In this document: one piece after another, positions 44,917-56,000 of the stretch
Layout: each line of letters starts with the position of its first letter
How positions within the stretch are numbered: position 1 is the stretch's first letter
Source of the DNA: Cetorhinus maximus
Lineage: Eukaryota
NCBI RefSeq assembly: GCF_964194155.1
Contig: NW_027598053.1
Span: 1 to 56,000 of the forward strand
Direction of reading: 5' to 3'
Length of the DNA: 56,000 bases
Notes under the pieces: model-generated
Seen by the model: only the letters and a program-made list of their open reading frames with translations
Told to the model about the DNA's origin: nothing
Database searches by the model: none
Position numbers and translations under genes: made by a program

Positions 44917-46737
44917 ATGGAGAAACCATGGAAATGTGGGGACTGTGGGAAGGGATTCAATTACCCATCTGAGTTGGAAACTCATCGACGTATTCACACT
45001 GGGGAGAGGCCGTTCACCTGCTCTGTGTGTGGAAAAGGATTCACTCAGTCATCCAGCCTCCACACACACCAGCATGTTCATACTGGTGGCAGGCCATTCA
45101 CCTGCCTTGAATGCGGGAAGGGATTTAATGCATTATCAACCCTCCGGACTCACCAGCAGGTTCACTCTGATCAAAGACCATTTAAATGTTCTGACTGTGA
45201 GAAGAGCTTTAAAAGCAGAAAGGATCTACTGATATACCAACGCTCTCACACTGGGGAGAGGCCATTCACCTGTGCAGTGTGTGGGAAGAGATTCACTCAG
45301 TCATCCCACCTCCTGACACACCAACTTGTTCACACTGATAAGAGACCTTTTAAATGTTCTGACTGTGAGAAGAGCTTTAAAAGTAAAAAGGATTTACTGA
45401 ACCACCAACGCACTCTGACTGGGGAGAGACCATTCACCTGCTCCGTGTGTGGGAAGGGATTCACTTGTTCATCCCACCTTCTGACACACCAATTTGTTCA
45501 CACTGATCAGAGACCGTTCCATTGTTCTGACTGTGAGAAAAAATTTAAAAGCAAAAAGGATCTTCTGAAACATCAACACATTCACACTGGGGAGAGGCCA
45601 TTCACCTGCTCTATCTGTGGGAAGGGATTCACTCGGTTAGCCCACCTGGTGAGACACCATCGAGTTCACACTGGGGAGAGGCCGTTCACCTGCTCTGAGT
45701 ATGGGCAGGAATTCATTGATTCATCCAACCTTCTGAAGCATCAGCGATTTCATTCTGGGGAGAGACCATACACTTGCCCCTTGTGCAGGAACAGATTCAC
45801 TCAGTCATCCCATCTCACTACACACCAGCTTGTTCACACTGATCAGAGACCTTTTAAATGTTCTGACTGTGAGAAGAGCTTTAAAAGCAGAAAGGATCTA
45901 CTGATATACCAACGCTCTCACACTGGGGAGAGGCCATTCACCTGTGCAGTGTGTGGGAAGAGATTCACTCAGTCATCCCACCTCCTGACACACCAACTTG
46001 TTCACACTGATAAGAGACCTTTTAAATGTTCTGACTGTGAGAAGAGCTTTAAAAGTAAAAAGGATTTACTGAACCACCAACGCACTCTGACTGGGGAGAG
46101 ACCATTCACCTGCTCCGTGTGTGGGAAGGGATTCACTTGTTCATCCCACCTTCTGACACACCAATTTGTTCACACTGATCAGAGACCGTTCCATTGTTCT
46201 GACTGTGAGAAAAAATTTAAAAGCAAAAAGGATCTTCTGAAACATCAACACATTCACACTGGGGAGAGGCCATTCACCTGCTCTATCTGTGGGAAGGGAT
46301 TCACTCGGTTAGCCCACCTGGTGAGACACCATCGAGTTCACACTGGGGAGAGGCCGTTCACCTGCTCTGAGTATGGGCAGGAATTCATTGATTCATCCAA
46401 CCTTCTGAAGCATCAGCGATTTCATTCTGGGGAGAGACCATACACTTGCCCCTTGTGCAGGAACAGATTCACTCAGTCATCCCATCTCACTACACACCAG
46501 CTTGTTCACACTGATCAGAGACCTTTTAAATGTTCTGACTGTGAAAAGAGATTTAAAAGTAAACAGAATCTGCTGACACACCAGCGTGTTCACACAGGGG
46601 AGAGGCCGTTCACCTGCTCCGTGTGTGGGAAGGGATTCGCTCAGTCAAACAACCTGCTGAGATGCCAGCAAGTTCACATGCGACAGTGGGGGTTGGATTC
46701 TGCTGTTATTGCTGCTGTTAATCACATCCAGTGCTGA
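44917..46737 (+). CDS. C2H2 zinc-finger protein F, 21 finger repeats (about 14 intact), internal 672-bp duplication
   Basis: Uninterrupted ORF from MEKPWKC; seven repeats lack a ligand (IYQRSH x2, HQRTL x2, CSEY x2, RCQQVH); acceptor at 44571; leader TGA at 44878. Confidence 0.85.
   Translation: MEKPWKCGDCGKGFNYPSELETHRRIHTGERPFTCSVCGKGFTQSSSLHTHQHVHTGGRPFTCLECGKGFNALSTLRTHQQVHSDQRPFKCSDCEKSFKSRKDLLIYQRSHTGERPFTCAVCGKRFTQSSHLLTHQLVHTDKRPFKCSDCEKSFKSKKDLLNHQRTLTGERPFTCSVCGKGFTCSSHLLTHQFVHTDQRPFHCSDCEKKFKSKKDLLKHQHIHTGERPFTCSICGKGFTRLAHLVRHHRVHTGERPFTCSEYGQEFIDSSNLLKHQRFHSGERPYTCPLCRNRFTQSSHLTTHQLVHTDQRPFKCSDCEKSFKSRKDLLIYQRSHTGERPFTCAVCGKRFTQSSHLLTHQLVHTDKRPFKCSDCEKSFKSKKDLLNHQRTLTGERPFTCSVCGKGFTCSSHLLTHQFVHTDQRPFHCSDCEKKFKSKKDLLKHQHIHTGERPFTCSICGKGFTRLAHLVRHHRVHTGERPFTCSEYGQEFIDSSNLLKHQRFHSGERPYTCPLCRNRFTQSSHLTTHQLVHTDQRPFKCSDCEKRFKSKQNLLTHQRVHTGERPFTCSVCGKGFAQSNNLLRCQQVHMRQWGLDSAVIAAVNHIQC
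45181..46544 (+). repeat. Perfect tandem duplication, period 672 bp (8 fingers)
   Basis: 45181-45852 and 45853-46524 show no mismatch on base-by-base reading; identity continues to 46544. Confidence 0.95.
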
Positions 46738-46744
46738 ATCATGT

Positions 46745-47738
46745 CTGGATGCCTGTTTCCAGTGGGGCTCCACAGTTTTGTGGTTTATAGCAATCATTTA
46801 GACTTAAATGTGGGGATCATGAGTAAGAAGTTTGCAGGTGATCCTGAAGTTGTTTATGTGTTTAACAATGAGGAAGAAAGCCTTAGACTGCAGGAAGATA
46901 TCAATGGACTGGTCAGATGGACAGGAAAATGGCAAATGAAATTCAATCTGGAGCAGTGTGAGATAATGAATTTGGGAGGGCAAACAAGACAAGGGAATGA
47001 ACAATTAATGGGTTAATGCTGAGAAGTGTAGAGGAACAGAGGGACCTTGGAGTGCATATCCACAGATCCCTGAAGGTGGTTGGACAGGTAGATCAGGTGG
47101 TCAAGAAGGCATTTGGGACATTTTCCTTTCTTGGCTGAAGTCTAGAATATACAAGCAGGGAGATTATGCTGGAATCGTGCAAAACACTAGTTAGAGCACA
47201 GCTAGAGTACTGAGTACAGCTCTGACACTGCATTACAGGAAGGATATTCTCACACCAGAGAGGGTACAGAGGAGATTTATGATTTACAGGATTGAAGAAA
47301 TTCAACTATGAGGAAAGATTGGATAAGCTGGGGTTATTTTCTGTGGCTGAGGGGAGATTTAATTGATGTGTATGAAATTATGAGGGGCCCAGAATGAGTG
47401 GACAGGAAGGACCTTTTTCTCTTAGCAGAGAGATCAATAACCAGAGGGAGGGTATAGTTTAGAATTAAAATAATTGGCAGAAGGAATGAGAGGGGGAGGG
47501 AGAAATCATTTCAGCCAATGGGTGGTGCAAGTCTGGAACTCACTATCTGATTGGGTCGTACAGGCAGAAACCCTCATTGCATTTAACAGAAAGACTTGGA
47601 TATGCAGTTGAATTACTGGAACATACAGGGTGACAAACTAAGATCTGCAAAGTGGGATTGGCTGAATAGCTTTATTTCAGCCAGTTCAGACACGATGGGC
47701 CAAATGGCCTTTTTCTGTACCAGAACTTTCTGATGCTT
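46745..47738 (+). mobile_element. CR1 LINE 3' portion inserted in gene F 3' UTR
   Basis: KKFAGDPEVV..LQEDINGLVRWTGKWQMKFN peptide; the family UTR resumes at ctgacagttgg near 47744, with AATAAA near 47823. Confidence 0.85.
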
Positions 47739-48879
47739 TTACTCTGACAGTTGGAGCTTGTTTCTGATGATGTTAATAACCTCGCTAATTGGACTGGAGT
47801 TTAATATTCTGGATAAATGTGAAATAAAACAGCTTTGTTTTCAACATGTTGTAGATTTTTGTCTTTCCCACCTGAGTGTTTAACATCACCTGGCTGGAAC
47901 TCAGAAAGGACAAGCTAGGGTAAGATCATACGGCAGGAACAGAACTTCAGCCTGGACACAGTCCTTCAGGGTCACACTGACAGAGTCTTTCTCATCTCTC
48001 TTCACTGACGACAAAGTCCCCATGTGGGTTAATCCTGGGGTATGTAAGAAATGTGTCCCAGCCGCTGTCTTCCATGGTTCAGAGCTCCTAGACACGGAAC
48101 AGAAGGCTCCTTCACAACTGTGTTTAGAGTCAGGAAGAACAACGGTGAATGCTGGAAATGTGCTGTCAAATCAGAGATTGGTGTAAAGTTGTGATCTGTT
48201 TCTGACTAAAAGTGAAATAGCAGGTTTAAGTTTAAGAGAATGACTGTGGTAATTATTCCATGGAGATTTAATGTGTTTTTGTGGCAGTCCTGAATCTAGC
48301 ACTTTAAAGCTGGTGTTAAAACATTTAAAATAAACCAATTTAAAACTGGGAACATCTAACTGGAGGATTCACAGAAGCCTGTTAACTTCTGGGACAATCA
48401 TACAGCAGACATTTGATCTCCAAATAAAGGAGGACCTGCAGCGTGTTTTCAGAAACTCCCTGTTTTATTAATGTGTGTGTGTGTGTAAGACACCAGGATA
48501 ACTAAAACCATATGCCTTGGAACATCCCCAAGGGTGCATTCCTGATAGTTACTCTGAGATCACTCCCGCTGTGGAACTCCACCACTGACCCTGCTGAAGA
48601 TTGTAGGCTCAGGGATGGGGCCTCCAGGAGTGGACTGTAAGAAAGGTGGGTTTCAGTATCCTGACTAATGGTCCAGACAACTGACTAAAGTGAGGAACCA
48701 GAGGAATCCTTACTGAGAACTGTCTGCAGTTTTGTCTGTCAGTGTAGGTCTAGGGGTGAATGATTCCTGACTCCCTGAACTGTCTGACATTGAACCCAGT
48801 TTAGAACAAGATGGATTCAGTGTCCAGGAGAATGGGGACCAATATCACCCACAATTGAAGAAGACAAAAGCAGCCGGCT

Positions 48880-49890
48880 CTAATAATGACTTGGATGAAG
48901 GAACTGACTGTATTGTAGCCAAAATCACTGATGATACAAAGCAAGTTGTGAGGAGGATACCAAGAGTCTGCAGAAGGACATGGATAGGTTACCTGAATGG
49001 ACAAAAATTTGGCAGATGGAGCATCATGTGGGAAAATGGGAGCTTTCCCACTTTGGCGGGAAGAATATAAAAGTAGAAAATTATTTAAAAGGTGAGAGAC
49101 TGCACAATGCTGCAGTACAGAAGGATCTGGGTGTCATAGAGTCATAGTCATAGAGTCATAGACTTATACAGCACAGAAACAGGCCCTTGGGCCCATTGTG
49201 ATTGTGCTGGCCATTTTCCAGGACTTGACCCATTGCCCTGTATGCTATGGCATTTCAAGTGGTCATCTAAATACTTCATAAATGTTGTGAGGGTTCCTGC
49301 CTCTACCACTCCCTCATGTGTTCTTGTACATGAATCATGAAAAATTAGCATGAAGGTTCAGCAAGTAATGAGGAAGACAAATGGAGTGTTGGCCTTTATT
49401 GGAAGGGGGTGGAGTAGGGAACTTGCTACAACTACACAGGGCATTGGTGAGACAGCAGCTGGAGTACTTGTACAGTTTTGGTCTTCTTACTTAGGGAATG
49501 ATATACTAACATTGGAATCAGTTCAGAGAAGGTTCATTAGGCCAACTCCTAAGATGAAGGGGTTGTCTTATGAGGAAAGGTTGAACAGGTTGCACCCATA
49601 CTTGTTGGGATTCAGAAGAATGAGAGGTGAACTTACTGAAACAAAGAAGATTCTGGGGGGGATGACAGTGTAGATACTGAGCAGATGTTTCCCATCATGA
49701 AGAAATCTAGAGCTAGGGGACACAGTTTAAAACTAAGGAGTCTCCCATTTAAGACAAAGATGAGGAGGAATTTCTTCTCTCAGGGGGTCGTCAGTCTTTG
49801 GAATTCTCTACCCCAGAGAGCAGTAGAGGCCAGGTCATTGAATATATTCAAGGCTGAGTTATACAGATTTTTGATCTACAAGGGAGTCAA
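48880..49890 (+). mobile_element. CR1 LINE 3' portion with nested inverted CR1 tail (49135-49315)
   Basis: NDLDEGTDCIVAKITDDTK, VQFWSSYLGNDILTLESVQRRF and FFSQGVVSLWNSLPQRAVEA peptides. Confidence 0.85.
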
Positions 49891-50869
49891 GAGTAATATT
49901 TACTTGGATTTATCTAATATTATGGCCCTTACAGACATCAATACTTTATCCCCAGTTTTATTCAGGGTGGCAAGTGTCCATCCAATGGCACAGGACCTGT
50001 TCCATGTGAGAATGTGCGGGGGTGGGTGGGGGGAGGATGGCTGTGTGTGTTAGTTTGTGTACATGTGGATGTGTGTGCTTGTGTGTGAGAGAGCATATGG
50101 GTCTTTGTATGTAGGTCTCTGAGTGTGTATGCTGCTTCTCATTAGCTGTAACACAAAACCTTCCTCTCTTTGAGCAGACGATGTTGGTTCTCAGAGAATC
50201 CCATCGAGTGATTTGAATGGTACCATTCAGAGATTCTTCATCCAGGGTGAAACCACAGGCTGACCTTGTGCTGTGTAAAACCTGACTCCGACACAACTAG
50301 GACCCACTTCGCCTGGAACAACATGAAATGTCTGCTCCTTTCCACATCCCTTCCTTTCCGCACACTGTTATCCTCAGATAGTTCACAAATTCCTTGTGTA
50401 CATCATCCTTAAGCACCCCTCTGGTCTCCACTTTAAATACTTCCATTGGTCATACTGACAGTTAGCAATGGGATTGCTGCTATCACAGAAATCTGTTCTG
50501 AAATACTGTCACCCTGACTTTAAGGCTTCCTGGAGTAAAACACTGATCCAGATCTTCCCACCGAACACCAATCCATATCCTCATCTGAGTTCTAGATTTT
50601 GTCTAATATAGAAAACCCCTTTTAAACTTATTCAGCATATCTCATCCATACATAATACAAGAGTTTGTCTTTGAAATCAGTTCTTCCTTTATATTCTTTG
50701 TTGTTCTGAATGATGACAGTATTAACCTTCTCCCTAACCTATCCTAACCCTTCTTCCAGTTCATTTATTGAAACCAGAGACTCTCCTTGTTCCAATGGTG
50801 ACATTCCCTGTCTGCCCAGTTATTCCTCAAAGTCAGCCCTTGAATTGTGTGTCCATTGTTTCATCATGT

Positions 50870-51760
50870 TCCCACATTTCAGTAACAAATGTTGAAATAT
50901 TTGCTCCACACCCACAGGGTTTCATCTGTTTTAAGCCACAAACAGAAAGGTCCAGTTTTCTCCTGGAGTTTGAGACAAATCTTTCAAAATGATGCAGAGT
51001 TTCAGCCAATGAGGGAGATCCGGGCTCAGCCCCGCCCCTCATTCATTCCGATTGGTTGGAGGACCAGCCGCTCCCTCTCGGTCCTCGAACCCTGCCCCAT
51101 CTACCTATTGATGATGGGCATTGTGAGCTGGAGCATGCGCATTGCCGACGATGGCGGATGACTGAAGCGGCTGTGTGGAAATTCTCAGCTGGTGAGTTAC
51201 CGCCGGGTGGGTCAGGAGGGAGGAAAGGAGCCGGCGGGTGTGTTGGAAGGCTTCATAAACACCTCGTGGAAGCCTCCAGCCCAGAATACGAAGCTTGGGC
51301 ACAGTATTTGAAAGGGCGACAGCTTCTCGGGCTTTTCTCCGAGACAGGCCCGGGTTAACGGCCGCCACCTTTATCGGAGACAGTGCGCAGCCGGGGCGCC
51401 TGCGGAGACAATGAGGGATGATGGAGTTATGGGCTCAGCCCCGCCCCCCCCATTCAGTCCGATTGGAGGACCAACCGCTCTCGTTCGGTCCTACAGCCCC
51501 ATCCCCTATTCCTATTGGTCCGTACCTGCCGTCAATCACTGCCCGGGCATTGTGAGCTGGAGTGACCGTTATGAATAATTATCAGCGCCTGGTTTGCAGC
51601 TGCGGGGCTTCTCCCTCCCGGGAACAGGCCCAGGTTAACGGCCGCCATCCTGGGTCAGCGAGTGGAGGATGGTTCACATCAGAGGATGGGGGAGGGGGGG
51701 ACAATAAATAAGAGGTTACACTTTGGGCTCAAATCAATGAGGAATCTGATCTGTGGGAAG
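50870..51760 (+). promoter_or_regulatory. CpG promoter of gene G with tandemly duplicated core module
   Basis: gggctcagccccgcccc...gattgg...gggcattgtgagctggag at about 51022-51135 and 51431-51562; gttaacggccgcca at 51354 and 51634. Confidence 0.65.
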
Positions 51761-52058
51761 GAAGGAAACCCTGGGAGGTGGGCGGGGAGGATTCAGAAAC
51801 ACCCGCTGGAGGCCCCAAACTCCCAATAAGAACCTGCAGGACCCGCGTTTGTTGCTCCGGGTCTTTTACTTTCTTGCTGAAGCAACAGTAAGTGGGCGGG
51901 GCTTCAGGGGCCCAGTGACCAGGAGAGAAAATGATTGATTCATCGATTATATTCTCACTTTCCACACAGGTATTTGAGAACAGAACCCAGCCAGAGTAGA
52001 CAGAGGGATAAAACTGGGAGTGAGGAAAGGAATGGTGGATATGGTATGAAGGGTTTGG

Positions 52059-52432
52059 CAGGATGACCATATCACAGGAAGAAAATTGAGGGACAGCCTG
52101 CCTTGGGAGTCCATACGAGTGGGTGGGGGTTTGTTGGGTGGGGTGTTGCCTGAGGCGGGGGGTGATGCGGTGAATTGGCTGCCAGAGCTGTTGGAGCACA
52201 GAAACAGTGGGGGACAGGGTTCTGTATGGAGAGCGACCAGAACCATAGAACACTACAGCACAGAAAAATAGGCCATTCGGCCCTTCTAGTCTGTGCCGAA
52301 ATATTATTCCGCTAGTCCCATTGACCGGTCCAATTTAAGGGACAAAACGGAGTTCCGGCACCAGGAAGACCAGAATAACTGACTCTCAAATAGGGGACAA
52401 TTCTGTAAAATACAGTAAGGTTGGTCACTCTG
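52059..52432. mobile_element. hAT-like MITE with 8-bp TSD, containing a nested CR1 tail
   Basis: TIRs caggatgacca / tggtcactctg; flanks gggtttgg (52051-52058) and ggatttgg (52433-52440), 7/8 match. Confidence 0.7.
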
Positions 52433-52952
52433 GGATTTGGATTTCAGCACGGTAGGAGGGAGAGTGTGTGGGATGAGGATTTGCAGGAACATGAGGGGAA
52501 AACATGTTCCATAGAAACAAGACTTGTCTGTTCAGAATTTCTGTCCTGTATTTACAGTGATGAGTTTTGTAAATCCTTTTCTAGGATATTAGAACGGGTG
52601 GATTTACAGACAGGAGGCTCAAACCGAACATCACAGCATAAACTGATAGAGTCACTCGATTCATCAGGACCTGAAGATCATCAGCCTTTCAATGTGGATG
52701 GAGAAATGTTTGCCTGTTCAGTCTGTGTGGAAATGTTTCAAACATCAGTGTGACTGGAAAATCACCAAGACACACATTCACCTGAGTGAGAGTGTTCCAG
52801 TAAACTGACTGTGGAAAGTGCTTTAACCAGTTACACAGCCTGAAAAAACTTCACACCATTCACAGTGGGGATAAACTGTACATGTGTTCAGTGTGTCTGG
52901 ACAAGGCTTCAACTGATCCTCAAACCTTAAGAGACACAAAGACAGCAGCACT

Positions 52953-53531
52953 ATGGAGAAACCATGGAAATGTGAGGACTGTGGAAAAGAATTCAATTCT
53001 TCATCCCGGCTGAAAATCCATCAGCGCATTCACACACGGGAGAAGCTGTTCAGCTGTTCTGTGTGTGGGAAGGGATTCACTCGGTCATCCGGCCTTCCAT
53101 CACACCAGCGAGTTCACACTGAGAAGAAGCCATTCAGCTGCACAACCTGTGGAGAGAAGTTCAAGTCTTCATCCATCCTCACTGAACACCAGCGGATTCA
53201 CATGGGTGGGAGACCATTCACTTGCTTCGTGTGTGGAAAGGGATTTACTCAGGTATTCACCCTCCAGTCACACCATCGAATGCACACAAAGGAGAATCCA
53301 TTCAGCTGTACTTCCTGTGGAAAGAGTTTCAGGCAGTCAACCGACCTCAATGAACACCAACGTACTCACACCGGGGAGAAGCCGTTCACCTGCTCCGTGT
53401 GTGGGAAGGGATTCCCTTGGTCATCCCAACTACTGACACATCAGCGAGTTCACACCGGGGACAGACCATTCACCTGCTTCTTGTGTGGGGCGGGATTCAC
53501 TCAGTCACAACACCTGCTGAGACACGAGTGA
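52953..53531 (+). CDS. C2H2 zinc-finger protein G, 192 aa, 6 intact fingers plus a truncated 7th
   Basis: MEKPWKCEDCGKEF start; TGA at 53529 (HE*VHK) precedes the family stop at 53541; acceptor at 52584; uORF 52706-52753; leader TGA at 52914. Confidence 0.85.
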   Translation: MEKPWKCEDCGKEFNSSSRLKIHQRIHTREKLFSCSVCGKGFTRSSGLPSHQRVHTEKKPFSCTTCGEKFKSSSILTEHQRIHMGGRPFTCFVCGKGFTQVFTLQSHHRMHTKENPFSCTSCGKSFRQSTDLNEHQRTHTGEKPFTCSVCGKGFPWSSQLLTHQRVHTGDRPFTCFLCGAGFTQSQHLLRHE

Positions 53532-53984
53532 GTTCACAAGTGATTACAGGGGTTGGACTCTGCTGTTATTGCTGCTGGTAATCACACCCAGGACTGATAG
53601 TCCGACAATATTAGGTTTGTTCTTGCTGATATTCACAACCTTATAACTGGCTGGAGTTTAATATTCTGGAGATGTCACTGACTTTCGGGGCTGCAATGAC
53701 CCTTTTGAAAGCACCATTTGTGATCTTACCCCTTAATACAAGAACTCTTCTCAAGAACAAGTTTACAATAAAATTATGAACTGTTACTTCAATCCTAATT
53801 TATATAAATCTATAATTTGGTGTCAGAAAGGTTCCATTTTTTACATCTCTTGTTATAAAGTGCTGATTAATCCTTGCTGACAATTCTTACTGACTTGCAC
53901 ATTCTTCAGTGATACCTTCATCATGAGGTTAAATTAATAAGGAACATTAAACAAAGCAGTAAATATTTTACAGGCACATCAATA

Positions 53985-54880
53985 AAAGCTTCATCAATCA
54001 ACATTGATATTGATGAAGTTTGGAAGTCGCTGATTCAATCATTTCTGACACAGCAGCAGCAACATTTGGTAAAGGTGGAACCCTCAACAAAGACTGGTTT
54101 AGGACCTATTCAGCTGAGATGACATCTGTCATTGAAGCAAAAAGCAAAGCCTACCTGATGCACAACATAAACCCAACAGCTAGAACACTGCACAATTTGA
54201 AAGTAGTCAAGACAGTCATGTAAAAGACAGGGAGATCCTGTGCAAATAAACACTGGATCAGCCTATATCAAGAAATCCAAACTGCCTGTGACAGTGGAAA
54301 TGTATGTGCTATGTATGATGGGATCAAGAGGGTGCTTGGTCCGACCATCACCAAAGTTGACCCCTGAAATCACGGATGGTGACGTACTCACTGACAGAAG
54401 TAAACAGATATCCCACTGGGTTGAACATTACTGTGAGCTGTACTCCTGTGAGACGTACATCTCTCAGTCTCCATTTGACTCTCCTGCAGCTTCCCATCAT
54501 GGTTGCGTTGGATGAGGAACCTGCATCATTTGAGTTTGAACAGGCCAATTATTGCTTAGCAAGCAGTAAATCACCCGGCAAGGATAGTGTTCTAACCAAA
54601 CTGCTCAGGCACAGGAAGTCCCAGATATTGTGACCACCTCCTTCTCTGAAAAGTAGGATCTGTTCCACAAGATATGCATAATGCAAAACTCATCACAATA
54701 TACAAAAACAATGGTGACAGAGGGGATTGCAACAACTACAGGGGTATCTCATTCCTTAGTATCATAGGGAAGACCTTCACTGCGGTCATGTGTACCCAGA
54801 AGCACAGTGCAGTTTCTGTGCTGGCGGATCTACAGTGGACATGATCTTCTCCATACACCAGCTACAAGAGAAGCATACAA
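53985..54880 (+). mobile_element. RTE-clade LINE fragment, decayed
   Basis: KSPGKD and YKNNGDRGDCNNYRGISFLSIIGKTF motifs, followed by an RSTVDMIF-like motif. Confidence 0.75.
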
Positions 54881-55767
54881 TTGGGATTTAAAATGCTGCC
54901 AGCTTCTGTGCTGAGAAAAGTGAAATATTACAATTACTGATTAAATTAAACCTTGTAGCATTAATCACAATTTACTTGTAGAATTATCAAAGGCACTGAA
55001 AAGTTGGATTCCCTAAAGATAAGCTTCAGCCTTGAAATTATGAGCTGGAGTTGACAAGCTGTGGGAAGCTCCACCCTCTTTGACTCGTTTTGGTCTAAGA
55101 AGGTTGAAACTTCAATGCTAACTTATTTAGTTTCATTTTTCTTCAGTTATATTACACATTTGAAAAGGTGTGTGATGAAACCTCAACTCATCTCTGTTGG
55201 TTCAGTTTGGAAATGCAAGTCAGATGACCTGAAACGGAGCACCATTATCTTGGAGGTGTCCCAGGGAGCAGGACTTGGGACAGGGACAGGGAGAAGCTCC
55301 CAAACCAGGGAGAGGTCCCAAAAGGTAGTTCCAGGTAAGGAATGAAGAGAGGGGACAGGAATAGATCCCCTTGAATGAGGTAAAGGAAAGGAGCAGAGAA
55401 ATAGGTTCAGAGTTAAAGAAGGAGCTGCAGTGAGCAGACTTATAGTGAATTGGGCTTGAGAGAAGCCCTGAAGATCCGAGAAGGCAGCTGAAGGTTGGTG
55501 ACTCAATGCTGTGGGCTGTTGGGTACCTCTTTGAAGCAGTGGTGTTCTGCTTGGCACAGCCAAAGATCTGAAATTGTGCTTGGAATGTGATGCTTGAGTG
55601 TGCTCGAGAATCCAGGGGAAAGGAATCTCAGAAGGAGAGATTAAAACCCTGTGAGGTGGGCCATTGTTGAAACTGCCCGAGTCGGAATACTTTTGGAAAG
55701 AATTCCAAGGCAAGGTCTTCAGATGTGGAGATCAGAAACCCTCATGAGAAAGACAAAGTTTCTGTGG

Positions 55768-56000
55768 TAAAAACAAAAAGCTAAAAGCTACTGCGGATGC
55801 TGGAAATCCAAAACAAAATAAAAACAGAATTACCTGGAAAAACTCAGCAAGTCTGGCAGCATCGGCGGAGAAGAAATCAGTCAACGTTTCGAGCCCTCAT
55901 GGCCCTTCAGCAGAACTGAAGCATAGTTTCAACAAGGGAGAAATATAAATTGGTTTAAGGTGGGTGGGGGGGGAAGAGACACATTGAGGGTGTGGTGTGA
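55768..56000 (-). mobile_element. Penelope-like 3' tail (same subfamily as 2318-3035) with hammerhead-like motif at 55879-55917
   Basis: Closely matches 2320-2500; minus strand AGTT-CTGCTGA-AGGGCC-atga-GGGCTC-GAA-ACGT-T-GACT. Confidence 0.7.

Noticed and set aside
44917-46737. Assigning a gene symbol (ZNF number, PRDM9, XlCGF)
   Set aside because: No PR/SET, KRAB or other diagnostic domain; lineage-specific arrays cannot be given orthology from finger similarity.

Overview
Vertebrate genomic DNA, most likely a cartilaginous fish (shark), inferred from the repeat content: a SacSINE1-like DeuSINE, many CR1/L2 LINE fragments, Penelope-like elements and an RTE fragment. The window is a tandem cluster of C2H2 zinc-finger genes with no visible KRAB, SCAN or BTB exon. 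There are seven finger arrays, labelled here A 503-1345(-), B 5619-6208(+), C 19789-20826(+), D 25267-25857(-), E 32422-33639(-), F 44917-46737(+) and G 52953-53543(+), plus at least five decayed remnants. Each unit repeats the same parts: a CpG-rich promoter module, one large coding exon and a conserved ~200-nt 3' UTR. In most paralogs the exon's 5' part is fossil zinc fingers with shared in-frame TGAs, followed by a start codon created inside a finger linker. Other notable signals are minimal hammerhead-ribozyme motifs in Penelope-like tails, a fixed-spacing TGATTGAC-CCAAT promoter composite, a perfect 672-bp finger-array duplication, a candidate ACG start and a TSD-flanked templated insertion. 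All alignments were done by eye, and repeat boundaries are approximate unless TSD or TIR coordinates are given.
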